This document shows positions 10,027 through 22,360 of a stretch of 64,000 nt of DNA, in pieces; position 1 is the stretch's first letter, and each line of letters begins with the position of its first letter. Made by a program: the position numbers and the translations under genes. The notes beneath the pieces are model-generated. The model was given only the letters and a program-made list of their open reading frames with translations, did not search any database and was not told the DNA's origin. The DNA is from an uncultured Acidobacteriaceae bacterium (GTDB lineage Bacteria; Acidobacteriota; Terriglobia; Terriglobales; Acidobacteriaceae): contig CAVQEO010000046.1 of the NCBI GenBank assembly GCA_963711525.1, positions 316,500 through 380,499 of the forward strand. The letters run 5' to 3'.

Positions 10027-10878
10027 TCAGGCGTGCGTCGCGGTGGTTTTGGGCTTGCGGGAGAGGGCGTAGAGCAACGCCACCAACATGAAGAGCGAGC
10101 CCATGGCAGCCAGTCCCATCACCCGCAGGATGGAGACGGTGTATTTGCCGGCGCTGGGACTGTAACTGCAGCAATAAAGCAGGATCAGGTCGCTGACCGA
10201 GCCGATGTGGTGATTGGCGGCCTGAATCACCGCCAAGCGCACATCGCGCGGCTGGTAATCGATGCCGAAGAGATACTTCGACATGCGGCCGTCAGGGGTG
10301 GCGATCATGATGACACTGGAGTGGGCGAACTGATCCAGTTTTCCATCCGGCCCGGGCACGCGCACGTAGTTGAAGCCGGTGGCGTGGGCGAGGTCGGTGA
10401 TCGAGGCTTCCGGTCCCGTCAGAAAATGCACGCTCGAGGCTGCGTCCGGCTTGCCCAGCGATTCCAGAAAGCGTACTTTTTCGGCCGCACCGTCGCTGGG
10501 GGTATCGGCGGGATCGATGCTGGCTATGACCACGTCGTAATCTTTGCCCGGCGTGAACGCCACCTGGCGCAGGGTCTTGGCCATGCCACTCAGAACCTGC
10601 GGGCAAAGCATGCGGCATTTGTAGTAAACCAACGCCATAACGACAGGCCGTTGCTGAAAGTACGTGGCCAGAGGCACTTCGGTACCGCTGGAGTCGACAA
10701 AACGATCGCTCAGCGGGAGCTGCCGGCTAAGGTTTTGGTTGATGGTGGCTTTTTTGAGAAACGCAGGGGTTGATTGCGCCGTGGCGCCGACAGGTTTGTC
10801 CGCTGAATACTGCTGTGCCCAGGCGGGCACCAGAAAAATAAGAGCGAACGCAACAGCGGGCAATGTCCAACGACGCAT
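10027..10878 (-). CDS. SCO1/SenC family copper chaperone / thiol-disulfide protein
   Basis: Signal peptide, thioredoxin-like fold with a CRMLCP CxxxC motif, and a C-terminal TM helix. Confidence 0.8.
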   Translation of the reverse strand: MRRWTLPAVAFALIFLVPAWAQQYSADKPVGATAQSTPAFLKKATINQNLSRQLPLSDRFVDSSGTEVPLATYFQQRPVVMALVYYKCRMLCPQVLSGMAKTLRQVAFTPGKDYDVVIASIDPADTPSDGAAEKVRFLESLGKPDAASSVHFLTGPEASITDLAHATGFNYVRVPGPDGKLDQFAHSSVIMIATPDGRMSKYLFGIDYQPRDVRLAVIQAANHHIGSVSDLILLYCCSYSPSAGKYTVSILRVMGLAAMGSLFMLVALLYALSRKPKTTATHA

Positions 10879-11013
10879 AGGTAAATAGATTACTCCCCGG
10901 CGCGCAGAAAATGGTTCGCCCGGTGGCCGCCGATTGCCACTGCAATTCGCATGGTGGTAGCCTGACTATTCGTCCTGGCTTCCACTTATCCGTCTGCGGA
11001 GAGAAACGCATCC

Positions 11014-13351
<2,338 letters not shown>

Positions 13352-13352
13352 G

Positions 13353-13937
13353 GTGAAGAGCCGCGCCCACCAGGTTGTGAGCAAGAACATTGCCGAGGCC
13401 AAGGCATTGTTGGAGCAATTGGCGGGCATGGAGTCAGGAATAGAAGCAGCCGCGGACACCATCGCGGCTGCTTTGCTTTCCGGGCATAAGTTACTGGCTT
13501 GCGGCAACGGCGGCAGCGCGGCGGATGCATCGCATCTGACCACCGAGTTTGTATCCCGCTTCGACCGCGAACGCCGGGCCTACCCGGCGATCTCGTTGGC
13601 CGCTCATGGCGGAGATTTAACCGCCATCGGCAACGACTACTCCTTCGCCGATCTCTTTGCCCGGCAGGTACAAGCGTACGGAAGGCCAGACGACGTGTTG
13701 GTGGTGTTTACCACCAGCGGCAAGAGCGAGAATATTTTCCGCGCCCTGGGCGCAGCGAAAGACCTGAGCGTAAAGACGATTGCGTTCCTGGGCCGCGATG
13801 GCGGCAAGTGTGCGGGGCTGGCTGATGTCGAGTTGCTGGTAGGCAGCAGTATCACTGCTCGCATCCAGGAAGGCCATAAGTTCCTGCTGCATACCATCTG
13901 TGAGCTGGTCGAAGAGCAGCTCGCCCGCCAGGCCTAG
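13353..13937 (+). CDS. gmhA: SIS-domain phosphoheptose isomerase
   Basis: 194 aa, GTG start, with CGNGGSAADASH and FTTSGKSENI SIS motifs. Confidence 0.8.
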   Translation: MKSRAHQVVSKNIAEAKALLEQLAGMESGIEAAADTIAAALLSGHKLLACGNGGSAADASHLTTEFVSRFDRERRAYPAISLAAHGGDLTAIGNDYSFADLFARQVQAYGRPDDVLVVFTTSGKSENIFRALGAAKDLSVKTIAFLGRDGGKCAGLADVELLVGSSITARIQEGHKFLLHTICELVEEQLARQA

Positions 13938-13967
13938 AAGGCTGGATGAAAAGGCTCCCCTCAGCGG

Positions 13968-14253
13968 CTTCGGAGGCTGCGTGAGAGCACGAAAGCAAAT
14001 CGCGAATCAGAACCAGGCCTGTAGGGCCGGGAGCCAAACGTCAGCCCAGCCCGGGAGGGCTGGGAGACCGATCCAAGGTTGCGGAGCGCCGGAGGTGCGG
14101 CACTACCTTCATCCGCGGGTGCCGCGCCTCTGGCGCTCGATATTGCGGATCGATGTCCCAGCCCTTCCGGGCTGGGCTGACGTTTGGCTCCCGGCCCTAC
14201 GGGCCTGGTTCTGGTTCGCGATTTGCTTTCGTGTTCTCACGCAGACTCCGAAG
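13968..14253. repeat. roughly 290-bp nested palindromic extragenic element, copy A
   Basis: The roughly 95-bp outer arms are reverse complements with only a few mismatches. The inner arms GAGCGCCGGAGGTGCGGCAC / GTGCCGCGCCTCTGGCGCTC enclose a short asymmetric centre (CATCCGCGGG on the + strand). The core is near-identical to copy B at 25778-26066. Confidence 0.85.
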
Positions 14254-14432
14254 CCCGTACCCTTCGCTGGCTAATGCTCGTTGCGGCGGGGCAGGTCTTA
14301 CCCTTGAAATATCCAGTTTTTCCAGCGGAAAACCAAAACCCTCCCATGGCCGTAACCTTTGTGGGCATTCTGTAGTCTTATTTGAGCCGGGACGTTGCTC
14401 CATGGACCGGTGGGAAAGACCTTGGTAAGTAA

Positions 14433-16169
14433 ATGTTCCTGTTGCTCTTAGCGTATTTCGGCGGCGTGCTTACGATTTTGAGCCCGTGCATCCTGCCGGT
14501 GCTGCCCTTCGTTTTTGCGCGTTCCGACCAGCCCTTCCGCAAGAGCGGTCTGCCGCTGCTTGCCGGCATGGCGATCACCTTTGCCCTGGTAGCCAGCCTG
14601 GCAACTGTAGGTGGAGGCTGGGCGGTACGTGCCAATCAGTTCGGCCGTGTCGCCGCGCTCGTGCTCTTTGCCATCTTTGGCCTTACCTTGCTTTTTTCTT
14701 CCCTTGCGGACCGTATTTCCCGTCCGATCGTCAAGCTGGGTAACCGCCTCTCCAGGAACTCCGATACAAATGCGAGTGTCCTGAACTCGCTTCTGCTTGG
14801 CATTGGTACGGGATTACTCTGGGCGCCCTGCGCCGGGCCGATTCTCGGCCTCATTCTTACCGGAGCCGCCCTGCAAGGGGCGAGCGCCCATACGGCCGTG
14901 CTGCTGCTAAGCTACGCAGCTGGAGCAGCGACCTCATTGGCGATTGCCCTGCTCGCCGGCGGCCGCGTCTTCGCCGCGATGAAGCGTTCTCTTGGTGCGG
15001 AGGAGTGGATTCGCCGCGCGCTCGGCGTTGCCGTTCTGGCCGCTGTAGCCGCGGCCGCCCTGGGATTGGATCGCGGCGTGCTCACCCGGCTTTCCCTGGC
15101 TAGTACCTCGGGTCTTGAGCAGCGCCTGGTCGACCGATTCCATCCCGCTGCAAAAAGGATCGTTATCAATCAGACGATTGACGTCTCCAGCAACGGTTCG
15201 GGCACGGCGGCGTCGGTCCTTCCCGATCTTTCTGGCGCTACGGCCTGGATCAACACGCCGCCGCTCACTCCTCAGTCGCTTCGTGGCAAAGTAGTTCTGG
15301 TCGATTTCTGGACCTATTCCTGCATCAACTGCCTGCGCACGCTGCCCTATATCCGGGCGTGGAATGAGAAATATAAGGACAGCGGCCTGGTGATTATCGG
15401 CGTCCATACCCCCGAATTTGCCTTTGAAAAGGATGAAGCCAACGTCCGCAAAGCGGTGAAGGACCTTGGAATCACCTACCCGGTAGCGATGGATAACAAC
15501 TACAGCATCTGGCGTAGCTTTAACAATGAGTACTGGCCCGCTGATTACTTTATCGATGCCACGGGGCGCATCCGCTTCCACCACTTCGGCGAGGGCGCTT
15601 ACGAGGAATCGGAGCAGCAGATTCGTACTCTCCTGGAGGAGGCTAACCATGCGCCTTTGCCGCGATCGCCAACCGAAATAGATGCCAGCGGCACGGAAGC
15701 TGCGCCGGATTTGGACGATGTGCAATCTCCCGAGACCTACGTTGGCTACGCAAGAGCGCAAAACTTCGCCTCTCTCGAAGCAATAAATCAGGATGATCCG
15801 CAGTCTTATCGAACACCGGCCCAACTCAAACTCAACCAATGGGCATTCGCCGGCAAATGGCGGGATGAGGACCAGTTCGCGACCTCACTCGACCCCGGGG
15901 CCAGTATCTCGTTTCGTTTTCATGCCCGCGACCTGCACCTGGTCCTAGGGCCGGGCCCGGATGGGAAGCCCGTCCGCTTCCGGGTTACCCTCGATGGCCA
16001 GGCGCCAGGAGCCGACCATGGCCTCGACACCGACGCGGATGGATATGGCGTGGTGACCGGGAATCGGCTTTATCAACTGGTTCGTCAGCATACTGGTATT
16101 CGTGACCGCACCTTCCGCATAGAGTTTCTGGTTCCGGGAGTGCGGGCGTATTCATTCACCTTTGGGTAG
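14433..16169 (+). CDS. dipZ: cytochrome c biogenesis / thiol-disulfide transfer protein DipZ
   Basis: N-terminal CcdA/DsbD-like membrane domain with conserved Cys residues (LSPCILPVLP, LWAPCAGPILG), a thioredoxin-like domain with WTYSCINCLRT, and a C-terminal beta domain. Confidence 0.85.
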   Translation: MFLLLLAYFGGVLTILSPCILPVLPFVFARSDQPFRKSGLPLLAGMAITFALVASLATVGGGWAVRANQFGRVAALVLFAIFGLTLLFSSLADRISRPIVKLGNRLSRNSDTNASVLNSLLLGIGTGLLWAPCAGPILGLILTGAALQGASAHTAVLLLSYAAGAATSLAIALLAGGRVFAAMKRSLGAEEWIRRALGVAVLAAVAAAALGLDRGVLTRLSLASTSGLEQRLVDRFHPAAKRIVINQTIDVSSNGSGTAASVLPDLSGATAWINTPPLTPQSLRGKVVLVDFWTYSCINCLRTLPYIRAWNEKYKDSGLVIIGVHTPEFAFEKDEANVRKAVKDLGITYPVAMDNNYSIWRSFNNEYWPADYFIDATGRIRFHHFGEGAYEESEQQIRTLLEEANHAPLPRSPTEIDASGTEAAPDLDDVQSPETYVGYARAQNFASLEAINQDDPQSYRTPAQLKLNQWAFAGKWRDEDQFATSLDPGASISFRFHARDLHLVLGPGPDGKPVRFRVTLDGQAPGADHGLDTDADGYGVVTGNRLYQLVRQHTGIRDRTFRIEFLVPGVRAYSFTFG

Positions 16170-16216
16170 AGAAGTTTGGCAGCAAAACGTGTCTAATAAA
16201 TGCGAGGAATAGCTTT

Positions 16217-16840
16217 ATGAGTAACCCACGAGAGCACGAAAAAGAGAAAGTCATCGTCGTTGATGGTCAACGCCCTAGCCGCCGGACATTCCTGATCGGT
16301 TCGGCGAGTGCATTCGGGGCGCTCGCACTCTGGTCATTGCGAAGCCCGAAGGCAGCGCGGGCCGCAGGTGTTGGTTCCAAGACGACGGGCATGGTGACCA
16401 TTGTTGAGTTCGGAACGAACGGGAAGAAGACCGGCAAAGAAGAGCTGGCGCGTGTGGTCAAGACGGACGCCGAATGGCAGAAACTGTTATCCCCGATTTC
16501 CTACCAGGTGGCTCGCCAAGCCGGCACGGAGCGCCCCTATACAGGCGAAACCTGGAATCTGCATGACCACGGTCTCTACCGCTGCGTCTGCTGCGACACG
16601 GCTCTCTTCAGCTCGCAAACCAAGTTTGAATCGGGTACCGGGTGGCCTAGCTTCTGGGAACCGATCGCCAGGGAAAATGTGGCTGAAATTACGGATCGAA
16701 GCTTAGGCATGGAGCGCACAGCAGTTTCCTGCCGGCTGTGTGACGCTCATCTCGGACACGTCTTCGATGACGGCCCTCAACCAACTGGACTGCGCTACTG
16801 CATGAACTCGGCGTCGATGCATTTTGTGAAGCTGGCTTAA
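16217..16840 (+). CDS. msrB: peptide-methionine (R)-S-oxide reductase with twin-arginine-type signal
   Basis: SRRTFLIGSASAFGALAL signal, zinc CxxC pairs (CVCCD, CRLCD) and catalytic RYCMNS. Confidence 0.9.
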   Translation: MSNPREHEKEKVIVVDGQRPSRRTFLIGSASAFGALALWSLRSPKAARAAGVGSKTTGMVTIVEFGTNGKKTGKEELARVVKTDAEWQKLLSPISYQVARQAGTERPYTGETWNLHDHGLYRCVCCDTALFSSQTKFESGTGWPSFWEPIARENVAEITDRSLGMERTAVSCRLCDAHLGHVFDDGPQPTGLRYCMNSASMHFVKLA

Positions 16841-17035
16841 GAGCGTTGCGGAAAAACTCGCTGTTGGGATGAGAAAGCGCGCACCTCAGGCGGCTAAGGC
16901 GCGACGGTCATTTACGGTTACACCATTACGGAATGACTAAAGTCGTGGCAACTGACACAAAACTTGAGTTATAATATTCACGCAGCCTGTTAAGGCATTC
17001 TTGCCAATACTGTGGTCCGGTGGGATCAGTTATGT

Positions 17036-17104
17036 GCGCCATTCTTTCCACCCCAGGCACGCAGGGACCGCGTACCCGGGGCCCCGGTTTTGGCGGAATG
17101 GCGC
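17036..17104. repeat. REP-like palindromic unit
   Basis: GCGCCATTC (17036-17044) pairs with GAATGGCGC (17096-17104). An internal perfect palindrome CCGGGGCCCCGG is present, and further weak hairpins occur upstream at about 16880-16950. Confidence 0.4.
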
Positions 17105-17167
17105 GTGGGGTTCAGTTTCCTGGTCTACACCATTAGCAAAAATGCTCTAGCTCATTTGGGGACAGGT

Positions 17168-17857
17168 ATGACGAAGTTGGAAGAGACGCGCGCCACGCAG
17201 CTCCTCGAAGCGCAAGCCAAGGCAGAACGGCTGTTCGACGCAATTGAGGCACGCGGTCTGATCCGTCCGGGTATAACCGAAAAAGCTCTGAACGCCGATA
17301 TCTATGCTCTGGCTAAGGAGATGTACGGGATCACTACCTACTGGCACAAGCGGATCGTTCGCGCCGGCAAGAACACTTTGCTCCCCTATGCGGAGAATCC
17401 GCCGGACCTGATGATTGGAACCGACGATATCCTGTTTCTCGATCTGGGCCCGGTATTCGAGCAGTGGGAAGCGGACTTTGGCCGGACTTTTGTTCTCGGC
17501 TCCGACCCTGTGAAACTCAAAATGAAGCATGACGTAGGGCAAGCATTTGCTGAGGGCAAGCGGTATTTTAATGAAACCCCGAACATCACCAGCAGTGAGC
17601 TCTTCCACTACACCAAGTCTCTGGCAGAGAAGCTCGGGTGGGAGTGGGGTGGACGCATCGCAGGACATCTCATTGGATACTTTCCACACGAAAAAATCGC
17701 CGACGATAAAGTATCGCTCTACGTTCACCCCGACAGCCACCTGCCGATGCGGTCTCCGGACGAGAATGGCGCACAGCGGCATTGGATCCTGGAGATTCAC
17801 TTTGTCGATAGAGAACGTGAGATCGGCGGCTTCTACGAGGAACTGCTCACGGTCTAA
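17168..17857 (+). CDS. M24 family metallopeptidase-like protein
   Basis: The ATG at 17168 (MTKLEETR) is preferred because the ORF-track N terminus lies in the repeat. Pita-bread-fold-like pattern (FLDLGPVF, ADFGRTF, GHLIG, LEIHF). Confidence 0.65.
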   Translation: MTKLEETRATQLLEAQAKAERLFDAIEARGLIRPGITEKALNADIYALAKEMYGITTYWHKRIVRAGKNTLLPYAENPPDLMIGTDDILFLDLGPVFEQWEADFGRTFVLGSDPVKLKMKHDVGQAFAEGKRYFNETPNITSSELFHYTKSLAEKLGWEWGGRIAGHLIGYFPHEKIADDKVSLYVHPDSHLPMRSPDENGAQRHWILEIHFVDREREIGGFYEELLTV

Positions 17858-20316
17858 AAGTGCAGAAGATAGGTAACCTTCACGTAGATGGTCTTGCTGG
17901 TGTTCAGCAACGAGGAATAGGTAGGCGGCAAAATCGGATCATCCGTGTTGCAAAGCCCATCTGCTTCCCGGGTGCAGAGGGTGCGGTCCAGGTTTTCAAA
18001 GTTACCTATATAGCCGAAGTAAACCGCGGTGCCCGGATGCGGCTCGTACGTAAATAATGCGTCCGCAAAAAGTGTCTTGGAGTTCGCCAGGCTGGTGTAC
18101 TGCGGATTCGGCAAGGTGGAGACGTACTGGCCGATAAGGTTGAAGGAAAGAGCCTTGCTCATCTGGTAATTCCAGCGCGAGATCAGTTCGTGGTTGTCGT
18201 AGACCACATTGCCGTTGGACAGGTTGGTGAAGTGCGTATACACGTAGCTATTTTGCAGATCGACGGAACTGATGGGCTTGACTTCCACGTTGAGGTTGGG
18301 TGAAGTCACGTTGACCGGGCCTGGACCAGCGCCGGCAGGCGGCGAATAGTTGATGACCGTACCGGTATAAACTCCGCCGCCAACCGCTATATAAGGCACG
18401 GGAGAAGTATAGAAATTAACTCCGCTGGTGTGGCTGTGATATTCCACATCCTGCGTTAGCGCGGAGTAATCGATGGGGCGCAAACGGTCTTGCCCCAGAT
18501 CGACGTTGGCGGAAATGCTGGTTCGATATTTGAAGGTAACGCTGTAAGAAGGATTGACGTAATAGTCCAGCGGCACACCCGTGTGGTCCCAGATGCGTTC
18601 GCTGTAGATACTCGGGCCATGGGAAAGAATCGGCCCCTGCCGCGGACGGAAGGTATAGCTGTAATAGCCATTCGGTTCGCGCACATCAGGACGTCGAAAA
18701 AATCCGGTGTCGGTAACGTAACCGGCGGACGTATCGTTGTAGGCGATCCACCCGTTGCGATGCAGATCGGAATAATTCAACTGCTGGGAATAGGTCTGGC
18801 CGCTGCAGGTTAATGTAGTCGCCTCGCATTCCTGCTCGCCCTGTGTCGCGTTGCTGACGTTTTGTGTTGCCGAGGTGACGGCTTGGCCGGTTAACGTCCA
18901 GCGGTTTTTGATCGGCGCTCGATAATCGAATCCTCCAACGCGGTTGAAAGAATCGAGATATTCGCGGTCGGCATAAATAATGCCGACATTCGAGAGAGAA
19001 CCGACATCGCGGTTCACCCGGCCAACGTAGAAATGGGCGCGCGTATCGTACTCAGGATCATCGGGCGGCACGGCCTCTCCGGGGCTTCTGTCATCGACTC
19101 CGAGCAGGCCCAGCGCCCAGGGGCCGAGTTTGCCGGTAAGACGCGCGCCATACTGCGGCTTAACAACGTTGTTGGTGTAATACAGGCTTACCGGCGTCAT
19201 GAAGTAGCTGCTGTTTTCGATGAAAAACGGCCGCACCTCCGCGAAGTACGGAGGAAAGCGCTGGTTGGGCGTAGCCGGATTGTCCACACCCACCTGGCTG
19301 AAGTCGGGGTTCACTGTAGTATCGAGCACCAGGCTGTTGTGCACGATGAACTTCGCGTCCAGTCCGGTGTAGCCCTGTAGAGCTTTGTCCTGAAAATACG
19401 GGTCGTCGGGATTGACGGTGTTCAATTGCCGCAGGTTGCGGCCAAGCGCATAGGGTTCGAATTGAAGGTTTTGGCCGTGCTCGATATCGCTGAAACCGTC
19501 TGCGGCGATGTCCTGCGTCAAGAGGCCGGCGATGCTATGCCTGCTCCGCGGCCAGTAAGCCGACTCGTTGGCATGAGAGATGCTGCGCTCGAGAATGATT
19601 CCCCACGTCCGGAACTTGCCGGGAGCGACCTTGGCGAAATACAAGCTGGAGAAAGGAATTCGCAGCAGCACGACGTATCCCGATTGCGTGCGTTTGCCCC
19701 ACGTGTCCCATACGGTATCGAAGGAGTAGTCGGTGCCGTTTTGTTCGCTATAAAGACCGTCGGCCTGGATGCCGAGCGCATTGCTGCGAAACAGGAACGC
19801 GCGCCGCTGGTCGTTGAAGGTATCGAGCATTATCTGAACAGAATCGTCGTCTCCCAGTGAATCACGGGCCAGCATGTGGCTTCGGATGAGATCCGTCCTT
19901 TTATCTTTGCAAACAAACGCCGCGAAGAGATATTCGCGGGTGTAGCCAAGATAGGCGACGGTCGGCTCGGTGACAGGAGCACCGTCTTTGGGATAACGCT
20001 CGACGAAGTTGCTGATGCGTAGCATGGTACGTGCCGCTTGCGAGCGCACTGGGTTGACAAGAAAGTCGCTCAGCGTGGGCTCACTCCCCAGCCGGGGAAT
20101 CGTAACGCGGGCCTGGTCCGTTGCGAGTGAGGCAGAAGGTGTGATTGAGGGAGTGGGCGCCGATGGCAGAGCGGACACCTTCGAAGCTTCCGGCACCGTC
20201 CCTGCAAATGCGCAGCAAACACTGCCGGCAAGCAGGCAGAGCAATAGCGTCGGTGCGCGTCGTGAGCGGCTGGAATGTATTGTTCGACCCAAGGCTAAGG
20301 CAGTTAAGTGATGCAA
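17854..20316 (-). CDS. DUF5916 / CBM9-like domain outer-membrane-type protein
   Basis: 820 aa with a signal peptide, an N-terminal CBM9/DOMON-like region (DDDSVQIMLDTFNDQRRAF) and a long beta-rich C-terminal part ending in an aromatic residue. Confidence 0.7.
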   Translation of the reverse strand: MHHLTALALGRTIHSSRSRRAPTLLLCLLAGSVCCAFAGTVPEASKVSALPSAPTPSITPSASLATDQARVTIPRLGSEPTLSDFLVNPVRSQAARTMLRISNFVERYPKDGAPVTEPTVAYLGYTREYLFAAFVCKDKRTDLIRSHMLARDSLGDDDSVQIMLDTFNDQRRAFLFRSNALGIQADGLYSEQNGTDYSFDTVWDTWGKRTQSGYVVLLRIPFSSLYFAKVAPGKFRTWGIILERSISHANESAYWPRSRHSIAGLLTQDIAADGFSDIEHGQNLQFEPYALGRNLRQLNTVNPDDPYFQDKALQGYTGLDAKFIVHNSLVLDTTVNPDFSQVGVDNPATPNQRFPPYFAEVRPFFIENSSYFMTPVSLYYTNNVVKPQYGARLTGKLGPWALGLLGVDDRSPGEAVPPDDPEYDTRAHFYVGRVNRDVGSLSNVGIIYADREYLDSFNRVGGFDYRAPIKNRWTLTGQAVTSATQNVSNATQGEQECEATTLTCSGQTYSQQLNYSDLHRNGWIAYNDTSAGYVTDTGFFRRPDVREPNGYYSYTFRPRQGPILSHGPSIYSERIWDHTGVPLDYYVNPSYSVTFKYRTSISANVDLGQDRLRPIDYSALTQDVEYHSHTSGVNFYTSPVPYIAVGGGVYTGTVINYSPPAGAGPGPVNVTSPNLNVEVKPISSVDLQNSYVYTHFTNLSNGNVVYDNHELISRWNYQMSKALSFNLIGQYVSTLPNPQYTSLANSKTLFADALFTYEPHPGTAVYFGYIGNFENLDRTLCTREADGLCNTDDPILPPTYSSLLNTSKTIYVKVTYLLHF

Positions 20317-20426
20317 ACCTTAGTGTAATCGATATTGCCTTCAAGGGCTTTATAGGCGGCGGGGATTCCGAACCAATTACGCGAGATTTCGAGCGCTTTC
20401 GCGAAATAGAAGGACTTAAACGCCGG

Positions 20427-20849
20427 CTAGGACCCGACTTCGATTCTCCAGCAGTCCTCGCCGATGACCCTGAGCAGTCTGGCCCGGCCATCCACGACGG
20501 TCAGGAACTCCGCAGTGTCGGGAGACCATGCATCCTCTCCCACGCGGAAGAGCGACGAGCCGATCTCGTTCAATGGAGAGTCTCCCAACCAGAGGCGGCC
20601 CTTACGCACAAAGACGCGAATATCGTCGCCGCCATCGCTTCGGTAACGGCCGGCAAAGACGCTCGATTGGGGCAGCGACGGAAACTCGCGATTTCCTCTG
20701 TACGCCGCGTTGGGGGCGAGCGAGAGAAAGACGCGTCGATTGATCACGTGAATCCGCGCCAGTCTAGCACGGCCGAGCGCTTCGCTTTGACGGAACGGTG
20801 CAGGGTACTCTATAAATCTCGAGGCATCGCCCTGCGGGCGGCGCCTCAA
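20427..20849 (-). CDS. hypothetical protein, possibly an orphan C-terminal domain remnant
   Basis: Only the C-terminal roughly 90 aa look protein-like ([25 protein letters not shown]...[12 protein letters not shown]). The Arg-rich N terminus is doubtful, and only 14 nt are left before the divergent glpK. Confidence 0.35.
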   Translation of the reverse strand: MRRRPQGDASRFIEYPAPFRQSEALGRARLARIHVINRRVFLSLAPNAAYRGNREFPSLPQSSVFAGRYRSDGGDDIRVFVRKGRLWLGDSPLNEIGSSLFRVGEDAWSPDTAEFLTVVDGRARLLRVIGEDCWRIEVGS

Positions 20850-20863
20850 GAGGCATCACTGCT

Positions 20864-22360
20864 ATGGCGTACATTCTTTCGCTCGACCAGGGAACCACTA
20901 GCTCTCGCTCCATTCTCTTTGGCAAAGATGGAAACATCGTCGCCCACGGGCAACGCGAATTTCAGCAGATCTACCCCCAGGGTGGCTGGGTCGAGCATGA
21001 TCCCTTCGACATCCTAACCTCGCAAATGAGCTCGGTGGTCGAGGTTCTTGGCAAGGCCGGAGTGCGCGCGCGCGACCTGGCGGCGATTGGCATCACCAAC
21101 CAGCGAGAGACGACCATCGTATGGGACCGGGAGACCGGTAAGCCGGTCTACAACGCGATTGTCTGGCAGGATCGCCGCACCGCCGAACAATGCCGGCAGA
21201 TGAAGAGCGATGGCGCGGAAGAAACCGTCCGGCAAAAAACAGGCTTGTTGATCGATCCCTACTTCTCCAGCACCAAGATCGCGTGGATTCTTGAGAACGT
21301 CGATGGGGCGAGACAAAGGGCGGAGGACGGCAAACTTGCCTTTGGAACCGTGGATAGCTGGTTGATCTGGAACCTGACCAGCGGGCGGAAGCACATCACC
21401 GATCGCACCAATGCCTCGAGGACGATGCTCTACAACATCGTCGAAGGCAAATGGGACGCGGATCTGCTGAAGCTATTCCGAATTCCAGAAAGCATGATGC
21501 CCGAGGTGGTCTGGTCGAGCGAGAAGATCGGCCCCGTGACCACGTCTCTAGGCCTCGAGACGGGTGAGATCGCAGGCATCGCCGGCGACCAGCAAGCGGC
21601 TCTCTTTGGCCAACTGTGCATCCGGCCCGGCGACGCGAAGAACACTTACGGCACCGGTTGCTTCCTGCTGCAGAACATCGGCGCCCAGTTCGTGCTGTCG
21701 GAGAAGAGGCTGATCACCACCCTCATCTGCAGCCTGGATAAGAAACTGGAATATGCCTTGGAAGGCAGCATCTTCATTGGCGGAGCGGTGGTCCAGTGGC
21801 TGCGCGACAGTTTGCAGCTGATTCGCCATTCCTCTGAGGTGAATGCGTTGGCGGCTACGGTGGAAGACTCCGATGGAGTGGTCCTGGTGCCCGCATTCGT
21901 CGGCCTGGGCGCTCCCTACTGGGACCCGTATGCCACCGGCCTCTTGATTGGACTGCGCCGCGGCACCAAGCCCGGCCACATTGCCCGCGCAGCTGAGGAG
22001 AGCATCGCCTTCCAGGTAGCAGACGTGATCGAGGCCATGGATGCGGATACCAAGTGTCCGTTCAGAGAGCTGCGCGTCGATGGGGGCGCGGCGGTGGACG
22101 ATCTGCTGATGCAATTCCAGGCTGACCTGCTTGGCGTGCCTGTCATCCGTCCCGCGGTCAGCGAGACCACTGCGCTCGGCGCGGCGTATCTCGCCGGGCT
22201 TGCGGTGGGTTTCTGGAACAGCCCGGAAGAAATTCGCAAGCTGCGCGCGGCAGATACGCGCTTCGAGCCCAAACCCGACCAGAAAAAGATCGCTGCCGGG
22301 CGCGAACGCTGGAAGAGAGCCGTCGAGCGGTCAAGAAACTGGCATGAAGGAGATGAATAG
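20864..22360 (+). CDS. glpK: glycerol kinase
   Basis: 498 aa with [17 protein letters not shown] and other FGGY kinase motifs. Confidence 0.95.
   Translation: MAYILSLDQGTTSSRSILFGKDGNIVAHGQREFQQIYPQGGWVEHDPFDILTSQMSSVVEVLGKAGVRARDLAAIGITNQRETTIVWDRETGKPVYNAIVWQDRRTAEQCRQMKSDGAEETVRQKTGLLIDPYFSSTKIAWILENVDGARQRAEDGKLAFGTVDSWLIWNLTSGRKHITDRTNASRTMLYNIVEGKWDADLLKLFRIPESMMPEVVWSSEKIGPVTTSLGLETGEIAGIAGDQQAALFGQLCIRPGDAKNTYGTGCFLLQNIGAQFVLSEKRLITTLICSLDKKLEYALEGSIFIGGAVVQWLRDSLQLIRHSSEVNALAATVEDSDGVVLVPAFVGLGAPYWDPYATGLLIGLRRGTKPGHIARAAEESIAFQVADVIEAMDADTKCPFRELRVDGGAAVDDLLMQFQADLLGVPVIRPAVSETTALGAAYLAGLAVGFWNSPEEIRKLRAADTRFEPKPDQKKIAAGRERWKRAVERSRNWHEGDE

Noticed and set aside
13900-14274. Small ORFs across the palindromic elements (also 25740..25931 and 38602..38790) that give recurring peptides such as SAQPGRAG and GAPFKPYFGLSG.
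   Set aside because: The similarity is at the DNA level and in both orientations, because both arms of a palindrome are involved. This is a repeat artefact, not a conserved protein.
16940-16980. A promoter-like TATAAT (16971-16976) upstream of the M24 peptidase gene.
   Set aside because: There is no convincing -35 element at 16-18 nt (only TGGCAA at 18 nt). The hexamer lies about 190 nt from the start, with a repeat unit in between. This is too weak to annotate.
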